DNA of 39,542 nucleotides from a virus: IMG/VR virus record IMGVR_UViG_3300045988_111821; one strand, 5' to 3'. Shown piece by piece: positions 30,247 to 39,542 of this stretch (position 1 is its first letter; each line of letters starts with the position of its first letter). The notes under the pieces were generated by a model. It saw only the letters and a program-made list of their open reading frames with translations, ran no database searches and was not told where the DNA came from. The position numbers and the translations under genes were made by a program.

Positions 30247-32535
30247 ATGGAATTATTTAAGATATTTGGACGAATCGCACTCAAAGGACAGGAAGAAACA
30301 GAAGATGGTTTAGATTCTGTGGCGGGTAAGGCATCCGGCGTAGGACAAGCTCTTCTGAAGGGCATTGGAACATTTGCAAAGTGGGGCGCTGCGGCGGCAA
30401 CGGCAGCTGCAACAGCAACTGCGGCACTTGTGAAGAGCGCTGTGACAGCATATTCGGATTACGAGCAGTTAGTCGGCGGTGTCGAGACACTGTTCAAGGA
30501 TTCGGCAAGTGAAGTACAGAAATATGCTGCAAACGCATATCAGACGGCTGGATTGTCTGCAAATGAATATATGGAAACTGTCACAGGTTTTTCTGCATCA
30601 TTGTTACAGAGCTTGGATGGAGACACAAAGGCAGCGGCTGAAAAGGCAAATGTAGCGATTACGGATATGTCCGATAATGCAAATAAGATGGGTACCTCAA
30701 TGGAATCTATCCAGAATGCATACCAGGGATTCGCCAAGCAGAACTACACGATGCTCGATAATCTCAAGTTGGGATATGGCGGTACCAAAGAAGAGATGCA
30801 ACGACTTTTGGAAGATGCGGAGAAGCTATCAAGACAGAAGTTTGATCTATCATCATATGCGGATATCGTAGATGCGATTCATGTTGTGCAGACAGAAATG
30901 GGTATCACAGGCACTACGGCAAAGGAAGCGGCAACAACAATTCAGGGATCTGTGAACATGACGAAGGCGGCATGGCAGAATCTTGTCGTTGGAATCGCTG
31001 ATGATACGCAGGATTTCGATGGACTTGTCAATAATTTTGTAGAATCCGTTACGACTGCCGGTAATAATATTCTGCCACGAGTGGAAATTGCCTTGAAGGG
31101 CGTTGGTACGCTCGTAGAGAAGCTTGCACCGATTATTGCAAAGACAGTACCGAATATCGTATCAACAACGTTACCGAGTATGATCAAAGCAGGCACCAGC
31201 ATGATCCGGGCGTTGCTGGATGGATTGCTTAAGGCGGTGCCAGAGCTGATACCATGCTTTAAGGACATTATCAATCAGCTGATTGAGGTGATAGTGGACA
31301 ATCTGCCACTGATCATCGAAGCGGCTGTTACGATAGCCGGAGCGATTGTATCAGGACTTGTAGAGGCATTGCCAGATATACTCGATGCAGGTATTGAGTT
31401 GATACAGAGCTTGGCACAGGGACTTACAACTGGCATTCCGACGATTTTATCGACAGCAATTACAATTGTAAGTCAACTTGCATCAACATTGATTCAGAAC
31501 GTGCCACAGATTGTGCAAACTGGCATTCAGTTACTGTTAGGTTTAGCGAATGGAATTTTGCAGGCGGTACCGCAGTTGCTTCAGGAGCTTCCGGGGATTA
31601 TTACGCAGATGGTCGAAAATATATTATCTTGTATACCTATGATCATCGAGTGCGGAATTGAATTATTGACATCACTGGTTGATGCGTTGCCGCAGATTAT
31701 ACAGTCGATTGTTGCAGTATTGCCACAGATTATAAACGGAATCATTGAGGCACTCTTAGGGCACATCGATGAAATTATTCAGGCGGGCATTAAACTGCTT
31801 GTAGCTTTGATTGATGCACTACCACAGATTATTGATACAATCTGTAAAGCGCTGCCGCAAATTATTGAGGCTATAACAGGTGCTCTGCTTGAGCATCTGG
31901 ATGATATGATTTACGCTGGCGTAGATTTGTTTATGGCACTTATTACGAATCTTGCGGAAATAAAGAATGCTTTAGCTTCGAAAATGCCAGAGATTATAGC
32001 GTCTATTGTGAGAGCAATTGGTGAATGCCTTGGTGAAATGTGGGAAGCAGGAAAACGACTTATGAATAAATTGTGGCAAGGTTTGAAAGAGGTTGCGCCG
32101 AATATCGCGAGTTGGTTTAAGGATTTTTTGCATAATTTATTTATTCAAGATGTTAATGTTCAAGTGGATACGTCATCGCTGAAAAGCAGCGCAACGGCAA
32201 AAATAACTAATAAATCTACATCTGCTAGAAAGCATGCAAAAGGCGGTGTTGTTGAGAAAGGTGAGATTGCACTTCTAGAAGGTGACGGAGCGGAAGCCGT
32301 TGTACCGCTGCACCAGAACCGTATGTGGATTTCGCGAGTAGCGCAGGATATGAAGAATGCGTTAGATTATGGTCAGTCATCATCTGGAAGCAAAAATGAC
32401 AATGCACTGCTTGAGCTTATATATGAGCTGTTAGAGCGGCTTCCGGATCTGATACTTGAGGGTATGGAATCCGTGAATATGAAAGTTGATAAGAGAGAAT
32501 TTGCAAGAATGGTAAAAGAGGTGACGGCAACTTGA
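30247..32535 (+). CDS. Tape measure protein
   Basis: 762 aa from the ATG at 30247 (AAGGAGAA upstream). Ala-rich N-terminus, long helical repeat region (ALPQII... repeats) and position. Confidence 0.88.
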   Translation: MELFKIFGRIALKGQEETEDGLDSVAGKASGVGQALLKGIGTFAKWGAAAATAAATATAALVKSAVTAYSDYEQLVGGVETLFKDSASEVQKYAANAYQTAGLSANEYMETVTGFSASLLQSLDGDTKAAAEKANVAITDMSDNANKMGTSMESIQNAYQGFAKQNYTMLDNLKLGYGGTKEEMQRLLEDAEKLSRQKFDLSSYADIVDAIHVVQTEMGITGTTAKEAATTIQGSVNMTKAAWQNLVVGIADDTQDFDGLVNNFVESVTTAGNNILPRVEIALKGVGTLVEKLAPIIAKTVPNIVSTTLPSMIKAGTSMIRALLDGLLKAVPELIPCFKDIINQLIEVIVDNLPLIIEAAVTIAGAIVSGLVEALPDILDAGIELIQSLAQGLTTGIPTILSTAITIVSQLASTLIQNVPQIVQTGIQLLLGLANGILQAVPQLLQELPGIITQMVENILSCIPMIIECGIELLTSLVDALPQIIQSIVAVLPQIINGIIEALLGHIDEIIQAGIKLLVALIDALPQIIDTICKALPQIIEAITGALLEHLDDMIYAGVDLFMALITNLAEIKNALASKMPEIIASIVRAIGECLGEMWEAGKRLMNKLWQGLKEVAPNIASWFKDFLHNLFIQDVNVQVDTSSLKSSATAKITNKSTSARKHAKGGVVEKGEIALLEGDGAEAVVPLHQNRMWISRVAQDMKNALDYGQSSSGSKNDNALLELIYELLERLPDLILEGMESVNMKVDKREFARMVKEVTAT

Positions 32536-33353
32536 TAGAAAAAGCACGATATGTCAATCATATGAACGAGGTAATTGAATTTGGTGCGAATGGCATCTAT
32601 ATCAACGAGAACGATCTGCATGATTTCGCATGGACAGCTACAAGCATGAATGACAAAATATCGTCATTTAAGATGGGAATTGTCAAGAAGTCGTTGCCAG
32701 TCGTTTTTGCATGTAGAAATGATGACGAGGGCACAGAAAGTAGAAATCGTTTGTTTGAGGTGTGTGAAAAGGATGTAGTTGCCAGAAAACATGGAAAACT
32801 CTATATTGGCGATTACTATATGCGGTGTTATGTCACAGGATGTAAGGCGTCAAAATACACCTATAATAAGCGATACATGAAGAATACGTTGACGATTCAG
32901 ACGGATTATCCGCAATGGATAAAAGAAACGATTATTACATTCAATTCAAATGAGGAGATAGTTGGTAAAAACTTAGACTATAATAACGATCATCCATATG
33001 ATTACACATCAAATATTCTTGGTAAAAAACTGCAAAATGCGGATTTTGTAAATACAAATTTTCGGATGCGTATTTATGGACCATGCAAAAGTCCAGAGAT
33101 ATTGCTTGGAGGACATATGTATTCGGTGGATGTTGATATTGAAGCAAACGAGTACCTGACGATTGACTCTGTAGAAAAGACAATAATCTTGTATGAAAGC
33201 GACGGTAGTCAGCGGAATTGTTTTGATCTGCGAAATAGAGATTCTTACATATTTCAAAAGATCCCGCCGGGCGTAATGGATGTAGCTACTTCGTCAAAAC
33301 TGATATTTGATATTACATTGTTGGAAGAGAGGAGCATACCAAGATGGACTTAA
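32532..33353 (+). CDS. Distal tail protein (Dit)
   Basis: 273 aa directly after the tape measure. TTG start with a GAGGTGA RBS. Confidence 0.65.
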   Translation: MIEKARYVNHMNEVIEFGANGIYINENDLHDFAWTATSMNDKISSFKMGIVKKSLPVVFACRNDDEGTESRNRLFEVCEKDVVARKHGKLYIGDYYMRCYVTGCKASKYTYNKRYMKNTLTIQTDYPQWIKETIITFNSNEEIVGKNLDYNNDHPYDYTSNILGKKLQNADFVNTNFRMRIYGPCKSPEILLGGHMYSVDVDIEANEYLTIDSVEKTIILYESDGSQRNCFDLRNRDSYIFQKIPPGVMDVATSSKLIFDITLLEERSIPRWT

Positions 33354-36247
33354 TTTATATGAATGAATCCAAAAAAGATATCGATGTGCTCAAAGATTAT
33401 ACATTAGATCTTGCATATGGAAGCGACGAGAATGATTTTGAATGTAAAGTAAATATCAATAATAACGTATGTAAAACTGGTTATTATCTTTATTTTGAGG
33501 GCGAAGAATATGGCGGAGTGATAGATTCCGTTGGCGTTGATACAGATGAGACGACTGTAACATACTCAGGTCGTACATGGCACGGCATACTTGAGTCTAA
33601 AGTGTTGCAACCAGATGAAGGCGAAGACTATTTGATCGTATCTGGAGAAGCGAACGAAGTGTTAAAGCTTTTGATCGACCGGATGGGACTTTCGGAGCTG
33701 TTCAAGGTAAGCACTCTGAACTCAAAGATACAGATATCATCTTATCAGATGAATCGTTATATAAAGGGTTATACAGGCATCATAAAGATGCTGAAAGCAT
33801 ACAATGCAAAACTGAATATGGTATTTAATAGAGGATTTGTTGAGTTATCGGCAAGTCCTCTTGCTGATTATAGTCAGGATGAGCAGTTTGATACAGATCA
33901 GATAAGTTTCACAATTAAGAGAAATAGCAAGCATATCAATCATGTTATATGTCTTGGACGAGGTGACCTGAAAGATAGACGAGTAATTCACATTTACTGC
34001 GATTTGCTTGGTAATATCAGTGGAACACAGACACTTACCGGATTGGATGAGATGTGTGAGATCTACGACAATTCCAATGCTGAATCAGATGAGGATTTGA
34101 TTCAGGGTGGAATTGATAAGATAACAGAGTCTTTTGCAAGTGACTCGGTCGATTTTTCGTTGGACAGTAACGATCAATATATATTTGATGTAAATGACAA
34201 GGTAGGGGCAAGAGAGCAGATTACAGGCACTTATGTAGTTGCGTCCGTATCTAAGAAAATTGTCAATATAAGTAATAACAGTACATCAATATCTTATGAT
34301 TGTGAAGCAGATACAGTGAGCGTGTCTGCGGGTCCATATCCATCTTCTGGTGACGGATCTGAATCTGGGCAGACAGTGAGCATCAAAATAGGATCAGTGA
34401 CAACAGGTGGTGCTGGTTCAGATGCTTCTGTGAAAAATGCTGGAGACAACAAGAATATGATTCTTGATTTCGTGATACCGAAAGGCGACCAAGGAGATAA
34501 GGGCGAAGATGGAGCACCGGGAGCTGATGGTAAGGATGGCGTCGACGGTAAGAGTATCAGTGAAGTTATCAACTATTATTTGGCGACATCTGCTTCAAGT
34601 GGTGTCACAGCGAAAACAGCTGGATGGACAACAACAGTGCAGTCAGTTTCATCAAGTAAAAAGTATCTGTGGAATTATGAGGTTGTAAAACTGACAGATG
34701 GAACGATCGTAAGTACATCAATGCCATGTATTATAGGTGCGTATGGTGATAGAGGAAATCCAGGAGCCGATGGTAAGGACGGAAGTGACGGCACGAATGG
34801 AACTGACGGAATAGGAATTAAGGAGATAGAGGAGTTTTATGCTGTATCAACCTCGAATACTAAAGTACCAACATCATGGTCTACAACAGTACCGACGATG
34901 ACAGCAACAAACAAGTACCTTTGGAACTATGAAACGATCACATATACGAACAATACTTCGGTAGATACTGCAAAGAAGGTTATTGGTGTGTATGGAGATA
35001 AGGGAGCTACCGGAGCGAAGGGTGATACCGGTGCAACCGGGAAAGGTGTTAAATCAACTGTGGTGACTTATCAGGCATCGTCTAGCGGTACAACAACCCC
35101 AACCGGGACATGGTCTGCGTCGATACCGGCTGCGGACACATCAAAGCCATATCTTTGGACAAGGACGATCATCACCTATACGGACAACACAACATCAACG
35201 TCGTACAGTGTAGGTGCTACGCCAGAAGGAATGGTTCAAAAGAAAAAAATCATTTCTGAAATCAACCAGTCGGCAGAGGAGATTTCAATCAAGGCTGAAA
35301 AAATCAGTCTCGAAGGTCTTGTCACCGCCAATGAGAATTTCAAAGTGCTGGAAGATGGCTCAATAGAGGCGAAAAATGGTAAGTTTACTGGCGAGATATA
35401 TGCTACGAGCGGTAAATTCGAGGGCGAAATAGTCTCATCTAAGGCGACTATTACTGGCGGAAGCGTGAATATCACTAGCGATGGAAGCAAATTAGCGTAT
35501 ATCGCTTTAACCTCAACGAATGTTCCCATTGGTTATGGCGATAAAATAGGAACCATAGCTACACAGATAGGTTCTGATGGAATTGCTTGTCAATCTGAAA
35601 AGTTTCGAGGAGATTTTAATGCTTTGGGCATATATATGGCAGAGGGATATGAAAATGAAGGGTATTTTTATTCGAATCCGAATGGAACACATGCGTCTAT
35701 ACTATCTGCTGACGTATTATCTGTGTCGGGCAACCTCACCGTCTCAGGAACAATCAATGGTATGAAATGGAATTGGTCTGGACAAGGCGGACAGCCAAGT
35801 TGGTTGTGGGGTGGAAATGATGGTGCAAACATGTATGTATATAATCCATCAAACTTTAGCGTAAACTATGCTAAATCTGCAAATTATGCTAATAGTGCTG
35901 GTGGTATTTCGGCACCTATATATGGATATGACAAAAATGTTAATATTACATGTGGCGGATGGAATACCCCTGCTAGCGTGACACTTCCTGCTGGAACATA
36001 TGTCGGAATAGTGTTTGCAAAGATGTATGGAACTCCTGCATCCAGAATGGTTATGGTTTTTTCAACTAATAGTGGAGCTACTGATGCGGGGGCTTATATG
36101 TCAGATGATAATATGGATAGGGCATGCTGTAGTTCCCCAGTTGTTATAAATGTTAGTAGTAACACTAATTTTTATTTGAGGGTATACAACAGTATGTCAG
36201 GAGTTAGAGCATGTCATTGCGGGTGGTACTTAGTAAAAGTTAAATAA
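33344..36247 (+). CDS. Tail-associated protein / tail fibre with collagen-like repeats (receptor-binding candidate)
   Basis: 967 aa. Three G-x-y collagen-like stretches, each followed by a ~45-aa repeated module. GQPSWLWGGNDGANMYVYNPSNFSVNYAKSA fibre motif near the C-terminus. Confidence 0.8.
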   Translation: MDLIYMNESKKDIDVLKDYTLDLAYGSDENDFECKVNINNNVCKTGYYLYFEGEEYGGVIDSVGVDTDETTVTYSGRTWHGILESKVLQPDEGEDYLIVSGEANEVLKLLIDRMGLSELFKVSTLNSKIQISSYQMNRYIKGYTGIIKMLKAYNAKLNMVFNRGFVELSASPLADYSQDEQFDTDQISFTIKRNSKHINHVICLGRGDLKDRRVIHIYCDLLGNISGTQTLTGLDEMCEIYDNSNAESDEDLIQGGIDKITESFASDSVDFSLDSNDQYIFDVNDKVGAREQITGTYVVASVSKKIVNISNNSTSISYDCEADTVSVSAGPYPSSGDGSESGQTVSIKIGSVTTGGAGSDASVKNAGDNKNMILDFVIPKGDQGDKGEDGAPGADGKDGVDGKSISEVINYYLATSASSGVTAKTAGWTTTVQSVSSSKKYLWNYEVVKLTDGTIVSTSMPCIIGAYGDRGNPGADGKDGSDGTNGTDGIGIKEIEEFYAVSTSNTKVPTSWSTTVPTMTATNKYLWNYETITYTNNTSVDTAKKVIGVYGDKGATGAKGDTGATGKGVKSTVVTYQASSSGTTTPTGTWSASIPAADTSKPYLWTRTIITYTDNTTSTSYSVGATPEGMVQKKKIISEINQSAEEISIKAEKISLEGLVTANENFKVLEDGSIEAKNGKFTGEIYATSGKFEGEIVSSKATITGGSVNITSDGSKLAYIALTSTNVPIGYGDKIGTIATQIGSDGIACQSEKFRGDFNALGIYMAEGYENEGYFYSNPNGTHASILSADVLSVSGNLTVSGTINGMKWNWSGQGGQPSWLWGGNDGANMYVYNPSNFSVNYAKSANYANSAGGISAPIYGYDKNVNITCGGWNTPASVTLPAGTYVGIVFAKMYGTPASRMVMVFSTNSGATDAGAYMSDDNMDRACCSSPVVINVSSNTNFYLRVYNSMSGVRACHCGWYLVKVK

Positions 36248-36308
36248 TAAAGACCTTGGAGAGGGTCTATAAACACTACTACTTTATGAAGCGAGGAGTC
36301 AAAACATT

Positions 36309-36674
36309 ATGAAAAAATACATTACAACATTAAGCAAACTGTTTGATATTCGTCAGTTGATCGCCAATAATGGCATCTTAGATCTTGCGTTCTCGCGTAA
36401 GGCAGGACTGTCCGTTGCTCGTAATATCAAGAAAATTGATGAGGATCTTGTGGAGTATGACAAGGCTCGTGATGAGCTGATACGAAAGTACTCTGACGAC
36501 GGAGTTACTATGAACCGTTCAAATCCGAACTGGGACGAGTTCATCAAAGAGTTTAATGAGATCGGTTCAGTCGAAGCGTCGCTGGAAATCAACACGATTA
36601 CAGCTGATGATCTGCCAGAGAACATCACACCAGCAGCATGTCTCGCAATTGAATTCATGATCGGAGAGGAGTAG
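36309..36674 (+). CDS. Hypothetical protein (tail-fibre-adjacent)
   Basis: GAGGAG RBS, 121 aa. Confidence 0.5.
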   Translation: MKKYITTLSKLFDIRQLIANNGILDLAFSRKAGLSVARNIKKIDEDLVEYDKARDELIRKYSDDGVTMNRSNPNWDEFIKEFNEIGSVEASLEINTITADDLPENITPAACLAIEFMIGEE

Positions 36675-36677
36675 CAC

Positions 36678-36926
36678 ATGACGGATGTTGAAAGAAAGAT
36701 GACTACAGATGAGATTAAAGGACTGTTGACTGGAATTTCATCAATTTGTTGTTCGGCGGCTACATCACTTGATTTTTCTGGGACAGATGAAATCACACCT
36801 AAAATGGATGCTGTATTAGAATACATATCTCGTATTGAAGAAAAGGTTAATGCATTAAACAATTTGGATGATTCAGGAAGTAATGCTGAAGAGGACAATG
36901 CTGCAATGACAACTGTTATTGCATAA
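36678..36926 (+). CDS. Hypothetical protein
   Basis: GGAGAGGAG RBS, 82 aa. Confidence 0.5.
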   Translation: MTDVERKMTTDEIKGLLTGISSICCSAATSLDFSGTDEITPKMDAVLEYISRIEEKVNALNNLDDSGSNAEEDNAAMTTVIA

Positions 36927-36951
36927 AATAAAAAGAAGGAGGCTGATTATT

Positions 36952-37836
36952 ATGCAGATAATCGACACACATTTAAAGTTTAAATCTCTTACAAAGAGAA
37001 AAAACACAGATGGAGGAGCTGTATTTCATCATGCTGCATGTCACGGTAGTGTAGAGGATATTCACAGAATGCATCTTGCAAATGGATGGTCTGGCATTGG
37101 GTATCATATCTATATTCGTTTGGATGGCAAAGTATACAAAGGCAGACCAATCGATATGATCGGCGCACATGCATCTGGTGTGAATTACAACACGATTGGA
37201 GTTTGCTGTGAGGGAAATTTTGAAAATGAACAGATGCCAGAAGCACAGAAGCAGGCTTTGAAAGAAGTTGTTTTATTGCTTCGTAAGGAATATGGAATTA
37301 CTCGATTCAGAAAGCATAGTGATGTGAGTAAGACTGCCTGCCCTGGAAAAAACTTTCCGTTTGGAGAAGTGGTGAAATCCGAGAATATCCCATCGAAGAC
37401 TGAATCTATACAGCAGATTCAACATATCGCTGGTAAGGGCGCTATCATTCGTGCCGGACAGATCCATGCGAATAATTTTGCCGGTGCCGGAATCGTAACG
37501 GATGGTATTCGTGGAAATGCGACCATTAAAGCCGGAATTAAGGTGTTACAAACAGCGATGAACTTAGACTATAAGTCGAAACTTGCGGTTGATGGGATTT
37601 ATGGATCTGCCACTAAAGCCGCACTTGGAAAGCACTATGTAAAAAAGGGCGAGAAACAGTACATGGTTACTGCACTGCAGATTTTGCTTATGCTTAAAGG
37701 ATATGCGTGTGATCTCACATGTCCGGGGGTATTTGACACAGCTACAGAATCAGTAGTGAAAGAGTATCAGAAAAACAATCTGCTTACAGTTGATTGTGTT
37801 GTTGGATATAATACATGGATGTCGCTTATTCACTAA
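36952..37836 (+). CDS. Endolysin: N-acetylmuramoyl-L-alanine amidase (Amidase_2/PGRP) with two PG-binding repeats
   Basis: From the ATG at 36952 (AAGGAGG upstream). GWSGIGYHIYIRLDG...GAHASGVNYNTIGVCCEGNF. C-terminal DGIYGSATKAAL and GVFDTATESVVKEYQ repeats. Confidence 0.9.
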   Translation: MQIIDTHLKFKSLTKRKNTDGGAVFHHAACHGSVEDIHRMHLANGWSGIGYHIYIRLDGKVYKGRPIDMIGAHASGVNYNTIGVCCEGNFENEQMPEAQKQALKEVVLLLRKEYGITRFRKHSDVSKTACPGKNFPFGEVVKSENIPSKTESIQQIQHIAGKGAIIRAGQIHANNFAGAGIVTDGIRGNATIKAGIKVLQTAMNLDYKSKLAVDGIYGSATKAALGKHYVKKGEKQYMVTALQILLMLKGYACDLTCPGVFDTATESVVKEYQKNNLLTVDCVVGYNTWMSLIH

Positions 37837-37858
37837 GTGGAGAAAGAAGGGAAAGACT

Positions 37859-38800
37859 ATGGCACATTTAGTAACAGGGTATGCCGGGAAAGAACATATT
37901 AGATCAGCAGATCAGGGCAGCTTCAATGCTGCCTTTTTTGGTGATGGAGAATTTGTCATGAGTAGCGGATCGAGATTTGCAGGAGCAATTATCAATAACA
38001 ACACAGTTAGAATTTCTGACGGCGATATGCTGATGCAGGGCAGACATATCCGTATTGAACCGAATACTTATGAAGATTTGACAATATCGACAGGTACCGC
38101 AGGAACAAATCGAATTGATCTGATCGTAATGACCTACGAGAAAAATGCGGCATCAGGTATTGAATCTGCAAAGTTAGAAGTTGTACAGGGGACAGCAACG
38201 TCGGGAACGCCGTCTGCTCCTGAAATAGTAAGTGGAGATATTTTAAATGGTGATTTGAAAAATCAAATGCCGCTATATGCGGTTTATGTATCAGGTGTAG
38301 CACTGACCAAGATATCAACACAGTTTATGGTCTGCCCGACATATAAAGATTTAGCAATCTATTATGCACAACAGTTCCAGAACGCATGCGAAACACATTT
38401 GAATTCTTTAAATATCATTGACTCTGCTGATGCAATCGACGCAAATTCAGCAGCAAATCAGCTTGCAGGAGCACTTGGTGTTAAAGAGCTTGCAAGTCAA
38501 AAGGCACCAGTGGCGCATATACATGATGATTTATATTACAGAAAAGCTATACTTGACCAAGCACTTAGTGCTAAAAGCGATACTAATCATAATCATGACG
38601 AAAGATATAGTCGTGTTAACCATAATCATGATGAAAGATATTGTTTGCCGGTTGGTACAGCTGTACTTAATTCGAACCTATATAGTGCACCATTTAAATA
38701 CGGTAAATGGAAATGTGCAGGATATGTTAATATTGAACTGTATGATGCCAATGGTGAAATTAGAATAATAGATCCATATGTTTGGACCAGAGAATCATAG
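37859..38800 (+). CDS. Tail-fibre / receptor-binding-like protein located inside the lysis region
   Basis: 313 aa from the ATG at 37859. N-terminal pattern ...RISDGDMLMQGRHIRIE...GTNRIDLIVMTYEK. Duplicated NHNHDERY His-rich motif. Confidence 0.5.
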   Translation: MAHLVTGYAGKEHIRSADQGSFNAAFFGDGEFVMSSGSRFAGAIINNNTVRISDGDMLMQGRHIRIEPNTYEDLTISTGTAGTNRIDLIVMTYEKNAASGIESAKLEVVQGTATSGTPSAPEIVSGDILNGDLKNQMPLYAVYVSGVALTKISTQFMVCPTYKDLAIYYAQQFQNACETHLNSLNIIDSADAIDANSAANQLAGALGVKELASQKAPVAHIHDDLYYRKAILDQALSAKSDTNHNHDERYSRVNHNHDERYCLPVGTAVLNSNLYSAPFKYGKWKCAGYVNIELYDANGEIRIIDPYVWTRES

Positions 38801-38814
38801 AAAAGGGGTAAAAC

Positions 38815-39090
38815 ATGACATCAATAATATCTGCCATGATTGCGGCGTTTGTTACATTGATCGTATGCTTAATCAATAATCACTATCAGCAAAAGGCTGC
38901 AAGCAAAAAGCATGATGAAACAATTGCATTGATAGAGTACAAGCTTGATGAGCTATCAAAAAGAGTAGACAAGCACAACAATGTTGTTGAACGTACATAT
39001 CGTTTAGAGGAGCAACAGGCGGTCACAAATGAGAAAATTCGTGTTGCGAATCATAGAATTGAAGACTTAGAGAAAGAGAAGAAAGGATGA
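38815..39090 (+). CDS. XhlA-like membrane / coiled-coil lysis-associated protein
   Basis: N-terminal TM helix IISAMIAAFVTLIVCLI followed by a coiled coil. It sits directly upstream of the holin. Confidence 0.45.
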   Translation: MTSIISAMIAAFVTLIVCLINNHYQQKAASKKHDETIALIEYKLDELSKRVDKHNNVVERTYRLEEQQAVTNEKIRVANHRIEDLEKEKKG

Positions 39091-39359
39091 TGAATATGGA
39101 TTTATCAAATTGTGTAACTGTAGTACCAATCGTGATTATTTGCTATCTGGTTGGAATTGGATGTAAAGCGAGCAAGAAGGTCAGCGATAAGGCGATTCCG
39201 GTAATCTTAGGCATTGTGGGAGGAATCATTGCAGTACCTGCTATGTATGTGATGAAGAGCTTTCCGGCGGAAGATATTATCACGGCGATTTCAGTTGGCA
39301 TCATGTCTGGTCTTGCTTCTACCGGAGTAAATCAGATATATAAGCAGAGCAAGAAATAA
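39087..39359 (+). CDS. Holin
   Basis: 90 aa with hydrophobic helices and a charged C-terminus ...GVNQIYKQSKK. Last gene before the att-like core. The start may be 39096. Confidence 0.62.
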   Translation: MMNMDLSNCVTVVPIVIICYLVGIGCKASKKVSDKAIPVILGIVGGIIAVPAMYVMKSFPAEDIITAISVGIMSGLASTGVNQIYKQSKK

Positions 39360-39360
39360 T

Positions 39361-39387
39361 TTACTGGGCATTTACTGGGCAAAAATT
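39361..39387. repeat. att-like core, right copy
   Basis: Exact 27-bp match to 61..87. It begins 2 nt after the holin stop codon. Confidence 0.8.
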
Positions 39388-39510
39388 TTGCGTATGTTTG
39401 CATTTCGTGAGTTATAATACATATCAGAAAAGTGTTTAGCTACCTGCACTTGCTCGACTTTGCATTATAATAGGAAGAAATCCGAAATCCGGCTCTGGGC
39501 ATCTTTTTTA

Positions 39511-39542
39511 TTTGGCGGAAACCACGTAGAATCAAGTGTTTC
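39511..39542. repeat. Terminal direct repeat, copy 2 (identical to 1..32)
   Basis: Direct comparison with 1..32. It implies a circular or terminally redundant assembly, or a repeated flank. Confidence 0.95.

Larger units (their letters stand above)
61..39387. mobile_element. Temperate siphovirus-type prophage / phage genome bounded by 27-bp direct repeats
   Basis: Identical 27-mers at 61..87 and 39361..39387 bracket a full set of integrase, switch, replication, packaging, head, tail and lysis genes. Confidence 0.85.

Noticed and set aside
31250-31950. Repetitive DNA in the tape measure gene (ALPQII..., IIEA... repeats)
   Set aside because: These are in-frame degenerate helical repeats typical of tape measure proteins. 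They have no spacer/repeat regularity, so they are not a CRISPR array or a mobile element.
33344-36247. Diversity-generating retroelement acting on the tail fibre
   Set aside because: No reverse transcriptase ORF is present in the window, and I found no near-identical template repeat of the fibre 3' end.
36353-36898. 181-aa Ser-rich minus-strand ORF spanning two plus-strand genes
   Set aside because: Its low-complexity Ser/Ile-rich translation is what antisense of Asp/Glu-rich coding sequence produces. Both plus-strand ORFs have strong RBSs (GAGGAG, GGAGAGGAG).

Overview
The window is essentially one complete temperate siphovirus-type (pro)phage of a Firmicute. The host assignment is an inference from strong AGGAGG-type RBSs, gene families typical of Clostridia/Bacilli phages and moderate GC. 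No homology search was possible, so every family name comes from motifs I could read in the translations.

Gene order:
- An att-like 27-bp core (61..87).
- A tyrosine integrase and a leftward lysogeny operon (XRE repressor, ImmA-like protein, Zn-ribbon protein), all on the minus strand.
- A divergent promoter/operator switch.
- Rightward early genes: Cro-like, Xis-like, a YqaJ exonuclease / DUF1351 / RecT recombination module, DUF1064, a DnaD-like replisome organizer and a sigma-70-like factor.
- A tightly coupled DNA-modification block: an SNF2 helicase fused to an N6/N4 methyltransferase, a C5-methyltransferase with five tandem TRD-like repeats, and a PAPS-reductase/IbrA/DndC-like PP-loop protein.
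- A self-contained moron with its own promoter and terminator.
- A run of small, often Cys-rich genes with a DUF1492 late regulator, HNH, YopX and an ASCH-like protein.
- TerS, TerL, portal, then a MuF/gp7-like minor head protein carrying a ~430-aa C-terminal extension (an HExxH zincin-like region plus a His/Cys caspase-fold-like domain), followed by a small acidic immunity-like ORF and two terminators.
- Scaffold, major capsid, connectors, major tail, tail chaperones with a readable -1 frameshift site, tape measure, Dit and a Tal/fibre with collagen-like repeats.
- Amidase endolysin, a second fibre-like gene, an XhlA-like protein and a holin.
- The second 27-bp core (39361..39387).

In addition, the first 32 nt equal the last 32 nt, so the window closes on itself.

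Best candidates for something new:
- The three-gene helicase-MTase / multi-repeat C5-MTase / PP-loop block (9365..14721).
- The MuF-fused two-protease-like effector with its immunity-like partner (22493..25010).
- The accessory inserts: the opposite-strand DUF2513-like gene and the 14.8-kb moron.

No tRNA, rRNA, CRISPR array, transposase or reverse transcriptase was seen.
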